Shown here piece after piece: positions 1 through 8,530 of a DNA stretch of 54,072 nt. The translations under genes and the position numbers were made by a program. This stretch comes from a bacterium (GTDB lineage Bacteria; Patescibacteriota; Minisyncoccia; Phycocordibacterales; UBA12079): assembly GCA_018401295.1 (NCBI GenBank), contig JAGYLJ010000004.1, forward strand, positions 1 to 54,072, in the 5' to 3' direction. Every line of letters starts with the position of its first letter. Position 1 is the stretch's first letter. Below the pieces are notes generated by a model. The model was not told where the DNA came from, ran no database searches, and saw only the letters and a list, made by a program, of their open reading frames with translations.

Positions 1-81
1 TAACAGGGTAAATTAGGTTTTTTGCTTAGAAGCTCGGCTTCTAAGTGGGTTTTTTGTGGTTTTGTTAAATTTGGTGTCTTT

Positions 82-102
82 TTGACATTTTTCTGTTATA
101 AT
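82..102 (+). promoter_or_regulatory. candidate promoter (extended -10 TGTTATAAT) of the efflux operon
   Basis: TGTTATAAT at 94-102. A TTGACA at 82-87 is only 9 nt upstream, so activity would rest on the extended -10. Lies ~170 nt upstream of ATG 270. Confidence 0.4.
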
Positions 103-130
103 GCCTCGGTAATTTTTATAAAAACAAAGG

Positions 131-262
131 GCTAAAACATCTTCGATGTTCGCCCGATCAAAAAAATGCTTTGATTTAGGACTAAAACATCTTCGATGTT
201 CGCCCGATCAAAAAAATGCTTTGATTTAGGGCTAAAACACACTAAAGAATGTTTGCCTAAAG
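131..262 (+). repeat. 2.5 tandem copies of a 50-bp hairpin-rich unit in the efflux-operon leader
   Basis: 131-180 and 181-230 are identical except for the first base. 231-262 is a degenerate third copy running into the RBS. Confidence 0.9.
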
Positions 263-269
263 GAAAAAT

Positions 270-1913
270 ATGTCAAATTTCAACAATATTCAATCTGATA
301 CAAGGAAAATTAAGACCTCTCGTCGTAATGGGGTGATTTTAGTGTTGGTTATTCTAACTATTTTGACTGTTGTTTTTTATCAGCAAATGGTAGCTAAAGA
401 AAGTCCTGTGGATAATTCAACCCTTTCTGATATTAGACAGGTGTTTCTTGCTTCTGTTGGAGACTTATCTTTAAATAAAGACCCTCTTCCTCTTTTGGGA
501 GAAGTTCAATCTCAATCTTCTGCTACTCTCCATTCTCAAACCTCTGGAGAAATAATTGGAGTTTATAAAAAGATAGGTGATTTAGTTTACGCTAACCAAG
601 TTATTGCAGAGATTGAAAATAGGTCTCAAAGAGCTACCGTATCCCAAGCTGATGCAAGTGTAGAAATTGCTCAGGCTAGTTTAGATAAAATAAAAAAGGG
701 CGGAACAGACACCCAAACTTCTATTTTAAAGACTACTTTAGATAATGCCCAAAAAACTTTGGACCAAACAAAAGCATCTGCTGTTAGTGTTTTAAATGAT
801 ACCTTTGCTAAAGCAGATGATTCTGTGAGGAATAAAGTGGATATTATGTTTAGAGATTCTCGTGGAGATAATCCGCAAGTGCTTTTTTCTGTGGCTGATT
901 CCCAATTAGAGATTGATATTGAATGGAGTAGATTAATTATAGAAGAGATGTTGAATAAGTGGGGTAGTGTTTTAGCTACTTTGGATGCTTCTGATGATTT
1001 AATTAGTGAATTAGATGTAAGAAAAGCTGATATGAATTCTATTAGAGTTTTTCTTGATAATTTGGCTTTAGCGGTGAATGTTTTAAGTCCGAATTCTAAT
1101 TTATCAGAGACAACTATTAGTCTTTGGAAGGCTAATATTAGTGCTACTCGAGCCGTGGTTAACGGAGCTATTACGGCTTTGTCTGCTGCAAAAAGTAGTT
1201 TAAATGGGGCACAATCAGGTTTAGAAATTGCTCAATTAAATTACGACCAAGCTCAAATAGGAGGAAGATCAGAGGATGTGACTACAGCAGAAGCTCAGTT
1301 AAGACAAGCTGAAGCAGGTTTACAATCAGCCTACGCTAATCTAGAGAAAACTATTATTCGAGCTTCTATTAGCGGGACTATTAATACTTTAAATTTGGAG
1401 AAAGGAGACTTTGTGTCAGCTTTTGCACCTGTTGCGAGTATCGCTAATAATAAATCTCTTGAAGTGATTACCTACATAACAGAAGAAGATAGGAACGATA
1501 TAAAAATCGGTTCCAAGGTGGCTGTTGGTTCTGAATGGCAAGGAGAGGTTAAAAATATTTCTCCTGCTATTGATGCTAAAACAAAAAAAATAAAAGTTGA
1601 GATAAGTGTAAAAAGTTCAGATGCGATTTTGACCAATGGACAGTCAGTTGCTTTGTTGGTGGAAAGAATTTCTCAAAAAGGTGAGGAGGAATTAGTTGAT
1701 TTTTCTATCCCTATTTCAGCTATCAAAATTGGCTCTGGTGATTCAGTTGTTTTCACAGTGGACGAAGAAAATAAATTGGTTTCCCACCCTGTGGTTTTAG
1801 GACCAATTTTGGGTGAAAAGATAATTATAAAAGAGGGGTTAACTGCTGAGATGAAAATTGTGGTAGATGCGAGAGGGTTGAAAGAAGGGGAAGTAGTTAG
1901 CATTATTGAGTAG
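270..1913 (+). CDS. HlyD/AcrA-family periplasmic adaptor (membrane fusion protein) of an efflux system
   Basis: N-terminal TM anchor, lipoyl-like SGEIIGVYKKIGDLV..VIAEIE, long coiled-coil hairpin, IRASISGTINTLNLEKGDFV barrel motif. Immediately upstream of an RND pump gene. Confidence 0.8.
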   Translation: MSNFNNIQSDTRKIKTSRRNGVILVLVILTILTVVFYQQMVAKESPVDNSTLSDIRQVFLASVGDLSLNKDPLPLLGEVQSQSSATLHSQTSGEIIGVYKKIGDLVYANQVIAEIENRSQRATVSQADASVEIAQASLDKIKKGGTDTQTSILKTTLDNAQKTLDQTKASAVSVLNDTFAKADDSVRNKVDIMFRDSRGDNPQVLFSVADSQLEIDIEWSRLIIEEMLNKWGSVLATLDASDDLISELDVRKADMNSIRVFLDNLALAVNVLSPNSNLSETTISLWKANISATRAVVNGAITALSAAKSSLNGAQSGLEIAQLNYDQAQIGGRSEDVTTAEAQLRQAEAGLQSAYANLEKTIIRASISGTINTLNLEKGDFVSAFAPVASIANNKSLEVITYITEEDRNDIKIGSKVAVGSEWQGEVKNISPAIDAKTKKIKVEISVKSSDAILTNGQSVALLVERISQKGEEELVDFSIPISAIKIGSGDSVVFTVDEENKLVSHPVVLGPILGEKIIIKEGLTAEMKIVVDARGLKEGEVVSIIE

Positions 1914-1986
1914 TTTGGAGGGTGAGCGGGTTAGCAACCCCAGTGAAATATCATCTAAATTAAAAATTTAGATGGTTCAAATTCTG

Positions 1987-2045
1987 ACTAAAACATTTTT
2001 TTAAAAAAATGTTCGTCCGACCAAAACTTTGTTTTGATTTTAGGA
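1987..2045 (+). repeat. fourth, diverged copy of the 50-bp leader unit, between the adaptor and RND genes
   Basis: ACTAAAACAT...TGTTCGTCCGA...TTTTGATTTTAGG keeps the outer closure and linker of the 131-230 units. Both internal hairpins differ in sequence but still pair. Confidence 0.8.
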
Positions 2046-2066
2046 GGAATTTGAATTTCACGGGGT

Positions 2067-2105
2067 AATATTTTACTAATTCGCTTCGCTCATAAGAAAA
2101 ATATT
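2067..2105 (+). promoter_or_regulatory. leader hairpin abutting the start codon (copy 1 of the GAGCGAAGCGAA-loop hairpin, seen here as its complement)
   Basis: AATATTTTACT / AGAAAAATATT arms around AATTCGCTTCGCTCATA. ATG follows directly. Near-identical to 7845-7883 and 40697-40735. Confidence 0.7.
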
Positions 2106-5100
2106 ATGGAAAAATTTTGGATTTTTTTTATAAAGAAAAAAAGCTTTACGATATTGTTAATTACATCCTTGATTCTTTCTGGTGTTTTTTCATTGGTAAA
2201 TATTACAAAAGAATCAGCCCCTGAGATACAAATTCCGTTGGCAATTGTTTCAACATTTTTGCCTGGATCTTCAGCGTTGGACACAGAAAGATTGATTACT
2301 AATAAGATTGAAGATCAATTAATTAATAATTTAGATTCTCTAAATAAGATCACATCTACTTCAGGGGAAGGGTTTTCTTCTATTGTTGCTGAATTTAATG
2401 CCGATGCTGATATTCAATTGTCTATCCAAAAGGTAAAAGACGAAGTAGATAAAGTGAAGTTTGAGTTACCCTCTGAAGCAGAAGATCCTGTTATTTCAGA
2501 TATAAACTTTGCCGATCAACCTATCTTGATGTTATCTATTTCTAGTGATTTACCAGCCACTGAATTCATTAAATTATCTGAAGATGTGAAGGATGGATTA
2601 AAATCTATCAGTGGTGTTTCAAAGATAAATTTAAGTGGAATTTCTGAGAGGGAAGTTCAAGTGATTGCTAATCAATCAGCGTTATCTAAATTTAATTTAT
2701 CAATTTCTGATCTAGTTAGTGCTATTTCTCAAGCCAATTCTTCTTTACCAATAGGTAATATAGAAATACAAGGGATTAAATATCCGTTAAAATTTAAAGG
2801 TGATGTTATTGACCCTGAAGAGATTAAAGATATTCCGGTTTCAAATATCGGCGGGCAAGTTATTTATGTTAGGGATTTAGCTTTCGTTTCCAACGGCGTA
2901 AGTCAAACATCTTCATTTTCTAGAGTGAGTGTAAATGGACAACCTTCTCAACAGGCTGTTTCATTATCGGTTTTCAAAAAAAGAGGTAGTGATATTACTG
3001 GTATTGTGAATAAGGTGAAAGCAGAGCTAAAAAGTATGCAGGAGGGTGGGATTCTAGAGGGGACTGATGTATTGATTTCAATAGACATGGCTGAGTATCT
3101 GAATGATGATTTGAAGAATTTGTCCATGTCTGGTTTAGCAACTGTTTTATTGGTTACCTTAATTTTATTTTTTGCCATCGGTTGGAGGGAAGCTTTAATT
3201 GCCGGTTTGGCCGTACCCCTTTCATTTTTAGTAGCTTTTTCTGGATTATATTTTACTGGCAATACTCTTAATTTTATTTCATTGTTTGCTTTGATTTTAG
3301 CTGTGGGAATTTTAGTTGATTCCGCTATTGTGGTGACTGAAGCGATGCACGTCAAAATAAAACAGGGAATGAGTGGAAATGATTCAGCTATCAATACTAT
3401 TAAAGAATTTTATGTTCCGCTAACTTCTGGGATGTTGACCACCGTAGCTGCTTTTTTCCCTTTGTTTTTCTTATCTGGGATAATGGGGGCATTTGTTAAA
3501 GGTATTCCCTATACTTTAATTTTCGTTTTGTTTGCTTCTTTGTTTGTGGCTTTAGGGATAGTGCCTTTGATTGCTTTGGTTGTTCTAAAAAGAAATGGGA
3601 ACAGCAATGGTAAATTGTTTCAAAAACAGAAAAAGTATAATGAATTGTTGAGAGAATGGTATAGAGGTAAATTAGAATATATTTTGAGTAACAAAAAATT
3701 TCAGAAAGGTTTTTTGTGGCTGATGGCGGCGGCTTTAATTTTTTCCTTTGTCTTACCTATTTCCGGTTTATTAAAAACAGCATTATTTCCTCTGGAAGAT
3801 TCAAAATTTATTTATATAGATGTGGAGACGTTGCAGGGGACGGTCTTGGCTGAAACAGATTTAGCTGTGAGAGCTGTGGAAGAAATTCTATATGAACAAC
3901 CTTATATTGAGTCTTTTGCTACTTCGGTGGGTTCTTCTAACGTTTTTAGCAATTCAGGAAGTGGTTCTGGCGAAAAACTTGGGAATATTACTGTCATTTT
4001 AAAAAAGGAGAGAGATAAGGGTAGTTTGGAATTGATAGAGGATTTAAGAGTTGAGTTAGCTGGTATAAAAATGGCTAAGGTAACTGTGGCTCAACCAAGT
4101 AACGGTCCTCCTTCTGGAGCTCCTGTTTTGATAAAGTTTTTTGGAGAAAACTTAGATGATTTGGAGAAGGTGGTAATTAAAGCTGAGGATATTCTGAAAA
4201 ATATTCCTGGAACAGTTGATACGACCAATAGTATGAAGGATAATATCACTGAATTTGTTTTGAAAATAAATAGATCTAAATTAACAGAGAATAATTTGTC
4301 ACCTGTTAGAGTGGCTTCAATTTTGAGAACTGCTGTTTATGGGGTGGATGCTACTACTATCAAAACAGGAGGTGAAGATATCGATGTTTTAGTTAAATTA
4401 AATCTTAATACAGATAGCGTTGATCCAAATTTAACTTCTAGAACGACAGTTGATTCAATTAGACAGATGGAAATTAACACACCTAGCGGAGTTGTTTTGT
4501 TGGGTTCTTTGGTGGATGTTACCATCCAGAAAAATAACGCCTCTATTAGCCATGAGGAAGGCGAAAGGATCGCCACTGTGTCAGCTCAATTGAAGAAGGG
4601 GGCTAATGCTGTTGAAATTAATGGAGCATTTCAATCTGAGATGAAGAAAGATCAAACATTTCTTCCTGAGGGAATTTCCTTGAAAACAGGTGGTGAAAAT
4701 GAAGATATTGCGAAGACATTTACAGAGATGCTAATGGCCTTGGTGGCTGGCTTATTGTTGGTGATTGTTGTTTTGATATTACAGTTTAATTCCTATCGTC
4801 AGACTTTCTTTATTGTGGTAGGAGTGTTGATGTCTTTAATTGGTGTTTTGTTTGGTTTGACGATTATTGGGAGTACTTTTTCGTTTCCTTCTTTTATTGG
4901 GGTGATAGCTTTGGCGGGGATTGTGGTGAATAACGCAATTATTTTGATTGATACTATGAATACTATGAGAAAAGAAAAGGTGGGGGTTAGTCTTAGAAAT
5001 ATTGTGATAGAATCTTCGGTTCTTCGTTTAAGACCGATTCTCTTAACCACTTTGACTACAGTTATTGGAATGGCTCCTTTGATTTTTGCTTCCGGTATGT

Positions 5101-5201
5101 GGGGTCCTTTGGCCTATTCAATTATTTTTGGTTTATCTTTTGCAACGGTGATTACTTTGATTTTGATTCCTATTTTGTATTTGAGAGCGTATTCAAAATA
5201 G
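2106..5201 (+). CDS. RND (AcrB/AcrD/AcrF family) efflux permease
   Basis: 1031 aa with a 12-TM layout and two large periplasmic loops, typical AcrB-like sequence throughout. Paired with the upstream adaptor gene. Confidence 0.9.
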   Translation: MEKFWIFFIKKKSFTILLITSLILSGVFSLVNITKESAPEIQIPLAIVSTFLPGSSALDTERLITNKIEDQLINNLDSLNKITSTSGEGFSSIVAEFNADADIQLSIQKVKDEVDKVKFELPSEAEDPVISDINFADQPILMLSISSDLPATEFIKLSEDVKDGLKSISGVSKINLSGISEREVQVIANQSALSKFNLSISDLVSAISQANSSLPIGNIEIQGIKYPLKFKGDVIDPEEIKDIPVSNIGGQVIYVRDLAFVSNGVSQTSSFSRVSVNGQPSQQAVSLSVFKKRGSDITGIVNKVKAELKSMQEGGILEGTDVLISIDMAEYLNDDLKNLSMSGLATVLLVTLILFFAIGWREALIAGLAVPLSFLVAFSGLYFTGNTLNFISLFALILAVGILVDSAIVVTEAMHVKIKQGMSGNDSAINTIKEFYVPLTSGMLTTVAAFFPLFFLSGIMGAFVKGIPYTLIFVLFASLFVALGIVPLIALVVLKRNGNSNGKLFQKQKKYNELLREWYRGKLEYILSNKKFQKGFLWLMAAALIFSFVLPISGLLKTALFPLEDSKFIYIDVETLQGTVLAETDLAVRAVEEILYEQPYIESFATSVGSSNVFSNSGSGSGEKLGNITVILKKERDKGSLELIEDLRVELAGIKMAKVTVAQPSNGPPSGAPVLIKFFGENLDDLEKVVIKAEDILKNIPGTVDTTNSMKDNITEFVLKINRSKLTENNLSPVRVASILRTAVYGVDATTIKTGGEDIDVLVKLNLNTDSVDPNLTSRTTVDSIRQMEINTPSGVVLLGSLVDVTIQKNNASISHEEGERIATVSAQLKKGANAVEINGAFQSEMKKDQTFLPEGISLKTGGENEDIAKTFTEMLMALVAGLLLVIVVLILQFNSYRQTFFIVVGVLMSLIGVLFGLTIIGSTFSFPSFIGVIALAGIVVNNAIILIDTMNTMRKEKVGVSLRNIVIESSVLRLRPILLTTLTTVIGMAPLIFASGMWGPLAYSIIFGLSFATVITLILIPILYLRAYSK

Positions 5202-5253
5202 TCAAAAGTCTATAAAGTCTATAAAGTCGAAAGTTTGTCTAACGACAAGTTGA

Positions 5254-5310
5254 CCCTGTTAGAGATCACAGAAGTCTTTAACTTCTTATCTCTAACGGGG
5301 TTGACTTTTT
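5254..5310 (+). terminator. Rho-independent terminator after the RND gene
   Basis: CCCTGTTAGAGAT (5254-5266) pairs with ATCTCTAACGGGG (5288-5300), with inner AGAAGT/ACTTCT pairing. Followed by TTGACTTTTTG. Confidence 0.6.
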
Positions 5311-5384
5311 GTGGGGTCTTGTTAATATGTAGATATAAGTGGCTTCGGCCTCCACCCTCGTAAGAGGGCGAACAGAAAAAACCG

Positions 5385-5768
5385 TTAGAATAAATTTCTA
5401 ACGGTTTTTCTTAATATCGAATAATTATCTTTATTTAAAACCCCTATTTTTTCAAGTAGTCTTTTTGTGTCAATTACTTTTATTTGCGATAAAACAGCGA
5501 CAGCCTCGTTGTTTTCAACTTTCCCAATGGAGACTCGCAGAGGATGTTTTTTGGTAGATTTGGTCAAAGGGACTATTAGACAAGAAGACGGACCAAAGTC
5601 ACGAATAATAATAACGGGTCTTAAAAATTTTTTTTCACTTCCATCTTGTTCGCATCCTACATTTAAACCTAAATAACACCACCAGATTTCTCGCGGGTGG
5701 TAATATAATTTAACTTCTTTTATATGAATTTCTTTTTTCTTTATGTTCCAATTATCGAAATCTTTCAT
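5385..5768 (-). CDS. MazF/PemK-like toxin-fold protein (solitary)
   Basis: REIWWCYLGLNVGCEQDG...RPVIIIR...LIVPLTKS pattern typical of the PemK/MazF SH3-like barrel. No partner ORF upstream. Confidence 0.65.
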   Translation of the reverse strand: MKDFDNWNIKKKEIHIKEVKLYYHPREIWWCYLGLNVGCEQDGSEKKFLRPVIIIRDFGPSSCLIVPLTKSTKKHPLRVSIGKVENNEAVAVLSQIKVIDTKRLLEKIGVLNKDNYSILRKTVRNLF

Positions 5769-5783
5769 AATGGAATTATAACA
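5769..5783 (-). promoter_or_regulatory. extended -10 (TGTTATAAT) placed 6 nt from the ATG: near-leaderless promoter
   Basis: minus strand reads TGTTATAATTCCATTATG, with no Shine-Dalgarno. Confidence 0.45.
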
Positions 5784-5933
5784 TTTTTATTGAAGAACTA
5801 TTATTTTTGGGTTGTTTCGCTAGACGTTCTCCCATGGTGGACAGGTTTGGGCGGTGGTTCTAAGAAAGGTACCTCTATTAATAGGTACGACCTAGCTGGC
5901 GGTAAAAGAATACTTTATGAGCTTTTGAATTGT

Positions 5934-6761
5934 TTAAACTATATCAGCGAAGTATCTTTCGGTTTTTTTGAAAAAGATAAAACCGATTATTAGAATAACA
6001 AAACAAGTAGCTCCAGAGATAAGTAGTAACGTCCAGTTTATCGGAGCATTACCTAGGAGGGCAGCGCGGGCTGCTTTAATAACACCTGTCATTGGGTTGA
6101 GGGCTAGGATCCAAGAATATTTACCAGCCAAACTAGCAGGATAGATAACTGGAGTTAGATACATCATGATTGAAATGAAGAAAGGTAAAGCATAACGGAC
6201 GTCACGGTATTTGACGTTGATGGAGGCTAGAAAAAGTCCACCACCTACGGAAGCCATAAAGGTAATCAAAAGGAGGAGGGGAAGAATTAAGAGTCCCATT
6301 AGGTTAGGGGTGTATTGATAATAAACCATCATTGCTACTAAAATTGTAGAAGCAATAGCAAAATCAACAAACTTTGTAATAGTTGAGGAAATTGGTAAAA
6401 GTAGACGAGGAAAATATACTTTAGTGATTATCCCTTGATTACTAATAAGACAACTACTGGTGTCAGATAAAGCTCCTGAGAAAAATTGCCAAAGTAAAAG
6501 ACCTGTATATACGAAAATTGGATAGGGAACGCCATCCGATGGCATTTTAGCTAATCCACCAAAGAAGACGCTAAAGACTACCATGGTCATAAATGGTTGA
6601 AAGAGTGCCCAAAGGATTCCGATGGCGGTTTGTTTGTAGCGAACTTTGATGTCTCGCCAAGTAAAGAAATAAAGCAATTCTTTAAATTTCCATAGTTCTT
6701 TGATGTCGTCCCAGCTGATGGTTTTCTTTGGCTTGATAACTGTTACTTTTAAATTTTCCAT
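5934..6761 (-). CDS. ABC-2 type (Wzm/TagG-like) polysaccharide/teichoic-acid export permease
   Basis: 6 TM, KVRYKQTAIGILWALFQP and VYFPRLLLP signatures of the ABC-2 permease family. No ATPase partner in the window. Confidence 0.8.
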   Translation of the reverse strand: MENLKVTVIKPKKTISWDDIKELWKFKELLYFFTWRDIKVRYKQTAIGILWALFQPFMTMVVFSVFFGGLAKMPSDGVPYPIFVYTGLLLWQFFSGALSDTSSCLISNQGIITKVYFPRLLLPISSTITKFVDFAIASTILVAMMVYYQYTPNLMGLLILPLLLLITFMASVGGGLFLASINVKYRDVRYALPFFISIMMYLTPVIYPASLAGKYSWILALNPMTGVIKAARAALLGNAPINWTLLLISGATCFVILIIGFIFFKKTERYFADIV

Positions 6762-6875
6762 TGTTATTAATCTTATCTAATTTTTCATTTTTTTGCTACC
6801 TTTTTTACTTGCTTTTCTAAAAGGGTTTGTTATACTAATAGTAGATTAGTTCTTGTTTTAAAAGAAGGAAAAATT

Positions 6876-6975
6876 TTGAGTTACCACTCAACCCGCAGCC
6901 TTGGAGAATCGTTCTCCACTCATTACTCATTCTTTTCCTCCTTAAGGGCCTTTCTTCGGAAGGGCCCTTTACTTA
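6876..6975 (+). ncRNA. candidate small RNA antisense to the ABC-2 permease 5' region (alternative: 31-aa minus-strand leader ORF 6835-6930)
   Basis: hairpins TTGAGT-TACC-ACTCAA (6876-6891) and GGAGAA-TCG-TTCTCC (6903-6917), then a single-stranded UUUUCCUCCUU stretch. Final hairpin GGGCCTTTC-TTCG-GAAGGGCCC (6946-6967) has a C(UUCG)G loop and a G.U pair that works only on the plus strand. Confidence 0.3.
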
Positions 6976-7027
6976 TTACTTTTTTCTTGTTCACCCTGTA
7001 TAAATAGCTTTAAATTCTTATAGAGAT

Positions 7028-7207
7028 ATGTTTTACTTATATGTGTTACAATTATGGCAAGATTTGAAGTTTTATACATAGGTTATACCAAAAATTTAAA
7101 GTTAAGATTTGACAGAAGTAGCAAATAAAAATAAAGTAATTAAGAAAAATGTATTTAATAATTAAGTTGTTGATTAAGTAAATGCCAAATCTTATTTAAC
7201 AGGGTAA
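7028..7207 (+). pseudogene. decayed GIY-YIG nuclease gene
   Basis: MFYLYVLQLWQDLKFYT then stop/frameshift, then GYTKNLKLRFD, all matching MFYVYVLQSQQDKKFYTGYTKNLKLRFD of 11174-11428. Terminal KSYLTG-stop (7187-7207) matches its KSYLIG-stop. Confidence 0.8.
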
Positions 7208-7213
7208 ATAAAC

Positions 7214-7651
7214 ATGCAAAGAAGATATTTTATAATTATTCTTGTTTCTCTCGTTTATCTGATATTTATTTTGGATATTTTTGCTGCTCAATATTTTTTG
7301 TATTGGCGTTTTTGGTGGATGGATATGGTTATGCATTTTTTAGGTGGTCTTTGGATCGCTTTGCTATCCTATTATGTTTTCTTTTTGTCTGGGTATTTTA
7401 AGAAAATATCTGAGAGACTTTCTTTATTTTATACGTCTTTGTTTTTCTTGTTGTTCGTAGGTATTTCTTGGGAGATTTTTGAATATGTAACAAAAGTTTC
7501 TGTGGCTCAGCCAAATTATATTTTAGATACCTATTTAGATTTATTGATGGACATGATCGGTTGGTTGGTGGCTTATTTTTTCCTTTTAAGGTTCCATAGA
7601 AAAGAGCTTATGGTTGCTAAAGGTGAAAAAATTGATATTATTATAGAATAA
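7214..7651 (+). CDS. hypothetical integral membrane protein (about 4 TM)
   Basis: hydrophobic segments throughout, no recognisable motif. Confidence 0.6.
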   Translation: MQRRYFIIILVSLVYLIFILDIFAAQYFLYWRFWWMDMVMHFLGGLWIALLSYYVFFLSGYFKKISERLSLFYTSLFFLLFVGISWEIFEYVTKVSVAQPNYILDTYLDLLMDMIGWLVAYFFLLRFHRKELMVAKGEKIDIIIE

Positions 7652-7692
7652 ACGTAAATTATAAATTATTGGGTTTAGTGTTTTTATGAAAT

Positions 7693-7883
7693 GACCCATG
7701 TTAAATACCATTTGAGTTTTTAGAACTCAAATGCAAAAGATTTCAGTACTACGACTACTTTAGATTAAAGATCTTAATCTTTAGGTAAAGTCATGTTAGT
7801 GTAAGTTTAGTAGTCGGAGTACTGAAATCTTTTATTAACAGGGTAATATTTTTCTAATTCGCTTCGCTCATAAGAAAAATATT
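7693..7883 (+). promoter_or_regulatory. three-hairpin leader module shared with 40623-40735
   Basis: hairpin 7709-7733 (CATTTGAG..CTCAAATG) and long hairpin 7738-7759/7809-7830, then TTATTAACAGGGTAAT. Final hairpin 7845-7883 ends at the ATG. Confidence 0.7.
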
Positions 7884-8507
7884 ATGGATGACAAAGGAAT
7901 TTATTTAAAACCCAAACTTTGTGTTTCTGGTGCAGCTGACACAACTCATCTAACTCCCGATGCTGTTGTAAAAACAGAAATATTAGGAGAAGAAATTATT
8001 AAACAAGGTGGTATTTTGGTAACAGGGGCTACTACGGGGTTACCTCTCTGGGCGGCTAAAGGGGCTAAAAGTGTCGGAGGGATGTCCATTGGTTTTTCAC
8101 CAGCTTCCACTGAAGTTGAACATATTCATTCATATAAATTACCAACAGAACATATGGATTTAATCATCTATACTGGTTTTGGTTATCCAGGGAGAGATTT
8201 AATTTTAACTAGATCCGTTGATGCTGTCTTTATTACAGCAGGAAGAGTCGGTACAATCCATGAGTTTACCATTGCTTTCGAGGACGGTAAACCACTCGGC
8301 ATTTTGGAGGGAGATTGGGCTACTGACGAAATTATTCAGCTTATTATAGAAAAAGCCCATCGACCAAACGATAAAATTGTATTTGATTCTGATCCTAAAA
8401 GATTAGTTGAAAGAGTTTTAGAAATTGTAAAGGCAGATAAAGAGGAGGTTTATAAGAATTATAAGAAAACTATCCTAGAGGATCCTAGCGGTGGTAATAA
8501 AGAATAG
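7884..8507 (+). CDS. LOG/SLOG-type Rossmann-fold protein (TIGR00725/DprA-related-like)
   Basis: VTGATTGLPLWAAKGAKSVGGMSIGFSP and AGRVGTIHEF resemble the GGxxGxM..GA..GG..IG and PGGxGTxxE motifs of LOG-like proteins. Confidence 0.6.
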   Translation: MDDKGIYLKPKLCVSGAADTTHLTPDAVVKTEILGEEIIKQGGILVTGATTGLPLWAAKGAKSVGGMSIGFSPASTEVEHIHSYKLPTEHMDLIIYTGFGYPGRDLILTRSVDAVFITAGRVGTIHEFTIAFEDGKPLGILEGDWATDEIIQLIIEKAHRPNDKIVFDSDPKRLVERVLEIVKADKEEVYKNYKKTILEDPSGGNKE

Positions 8508-8530
8508 AATTCTTTTAAATTTTAGAGTTA

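Noticed and set aside
131-262. Tandem direct repeats that might be a CRISPR array
   Set aside because: The units are contiguous, with no spacers. There are only 2.5 copies, each unit is internally structured, and no cas genes are present
991-997. Additional CTGATGA heptamers (also 16442-16448) as possible hammerhead cores
   Set aside because: They lie inside coding sequence, with no adjacent stem II/GAAA/stem III arrangement
2948-3394. Antisense or embedded ORFs inside well-supported genes. These are 1673-1903, 2090-2284, 2948-3394, 4337-4576, 4799-5050, 5467-5676, 9654-9911, 11917-12117, 13189-13602 and 14143-14427. Also 15132-16070, 19728-20440, 23492-24000, 38686-38928, 39383-39640, 41710-43965 and 51312-51698
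   Set aside because: They are shadow ORFs opposite or overlapping genes with clear family signatures, have low-complexity translations and lack translation signals
7832-7847. TAACAGGGTAAT is identical to the right part of the I-SceI / LSU-rRNA omega-intron homing site
   Set aside because: There is no rRNA gene or intron in the window. The motif is better explained as the terminal repeat/C-terminal codons (KSYLTG-stop) of the GIY-YIG cassette family, so the resemblance is probably coincidental
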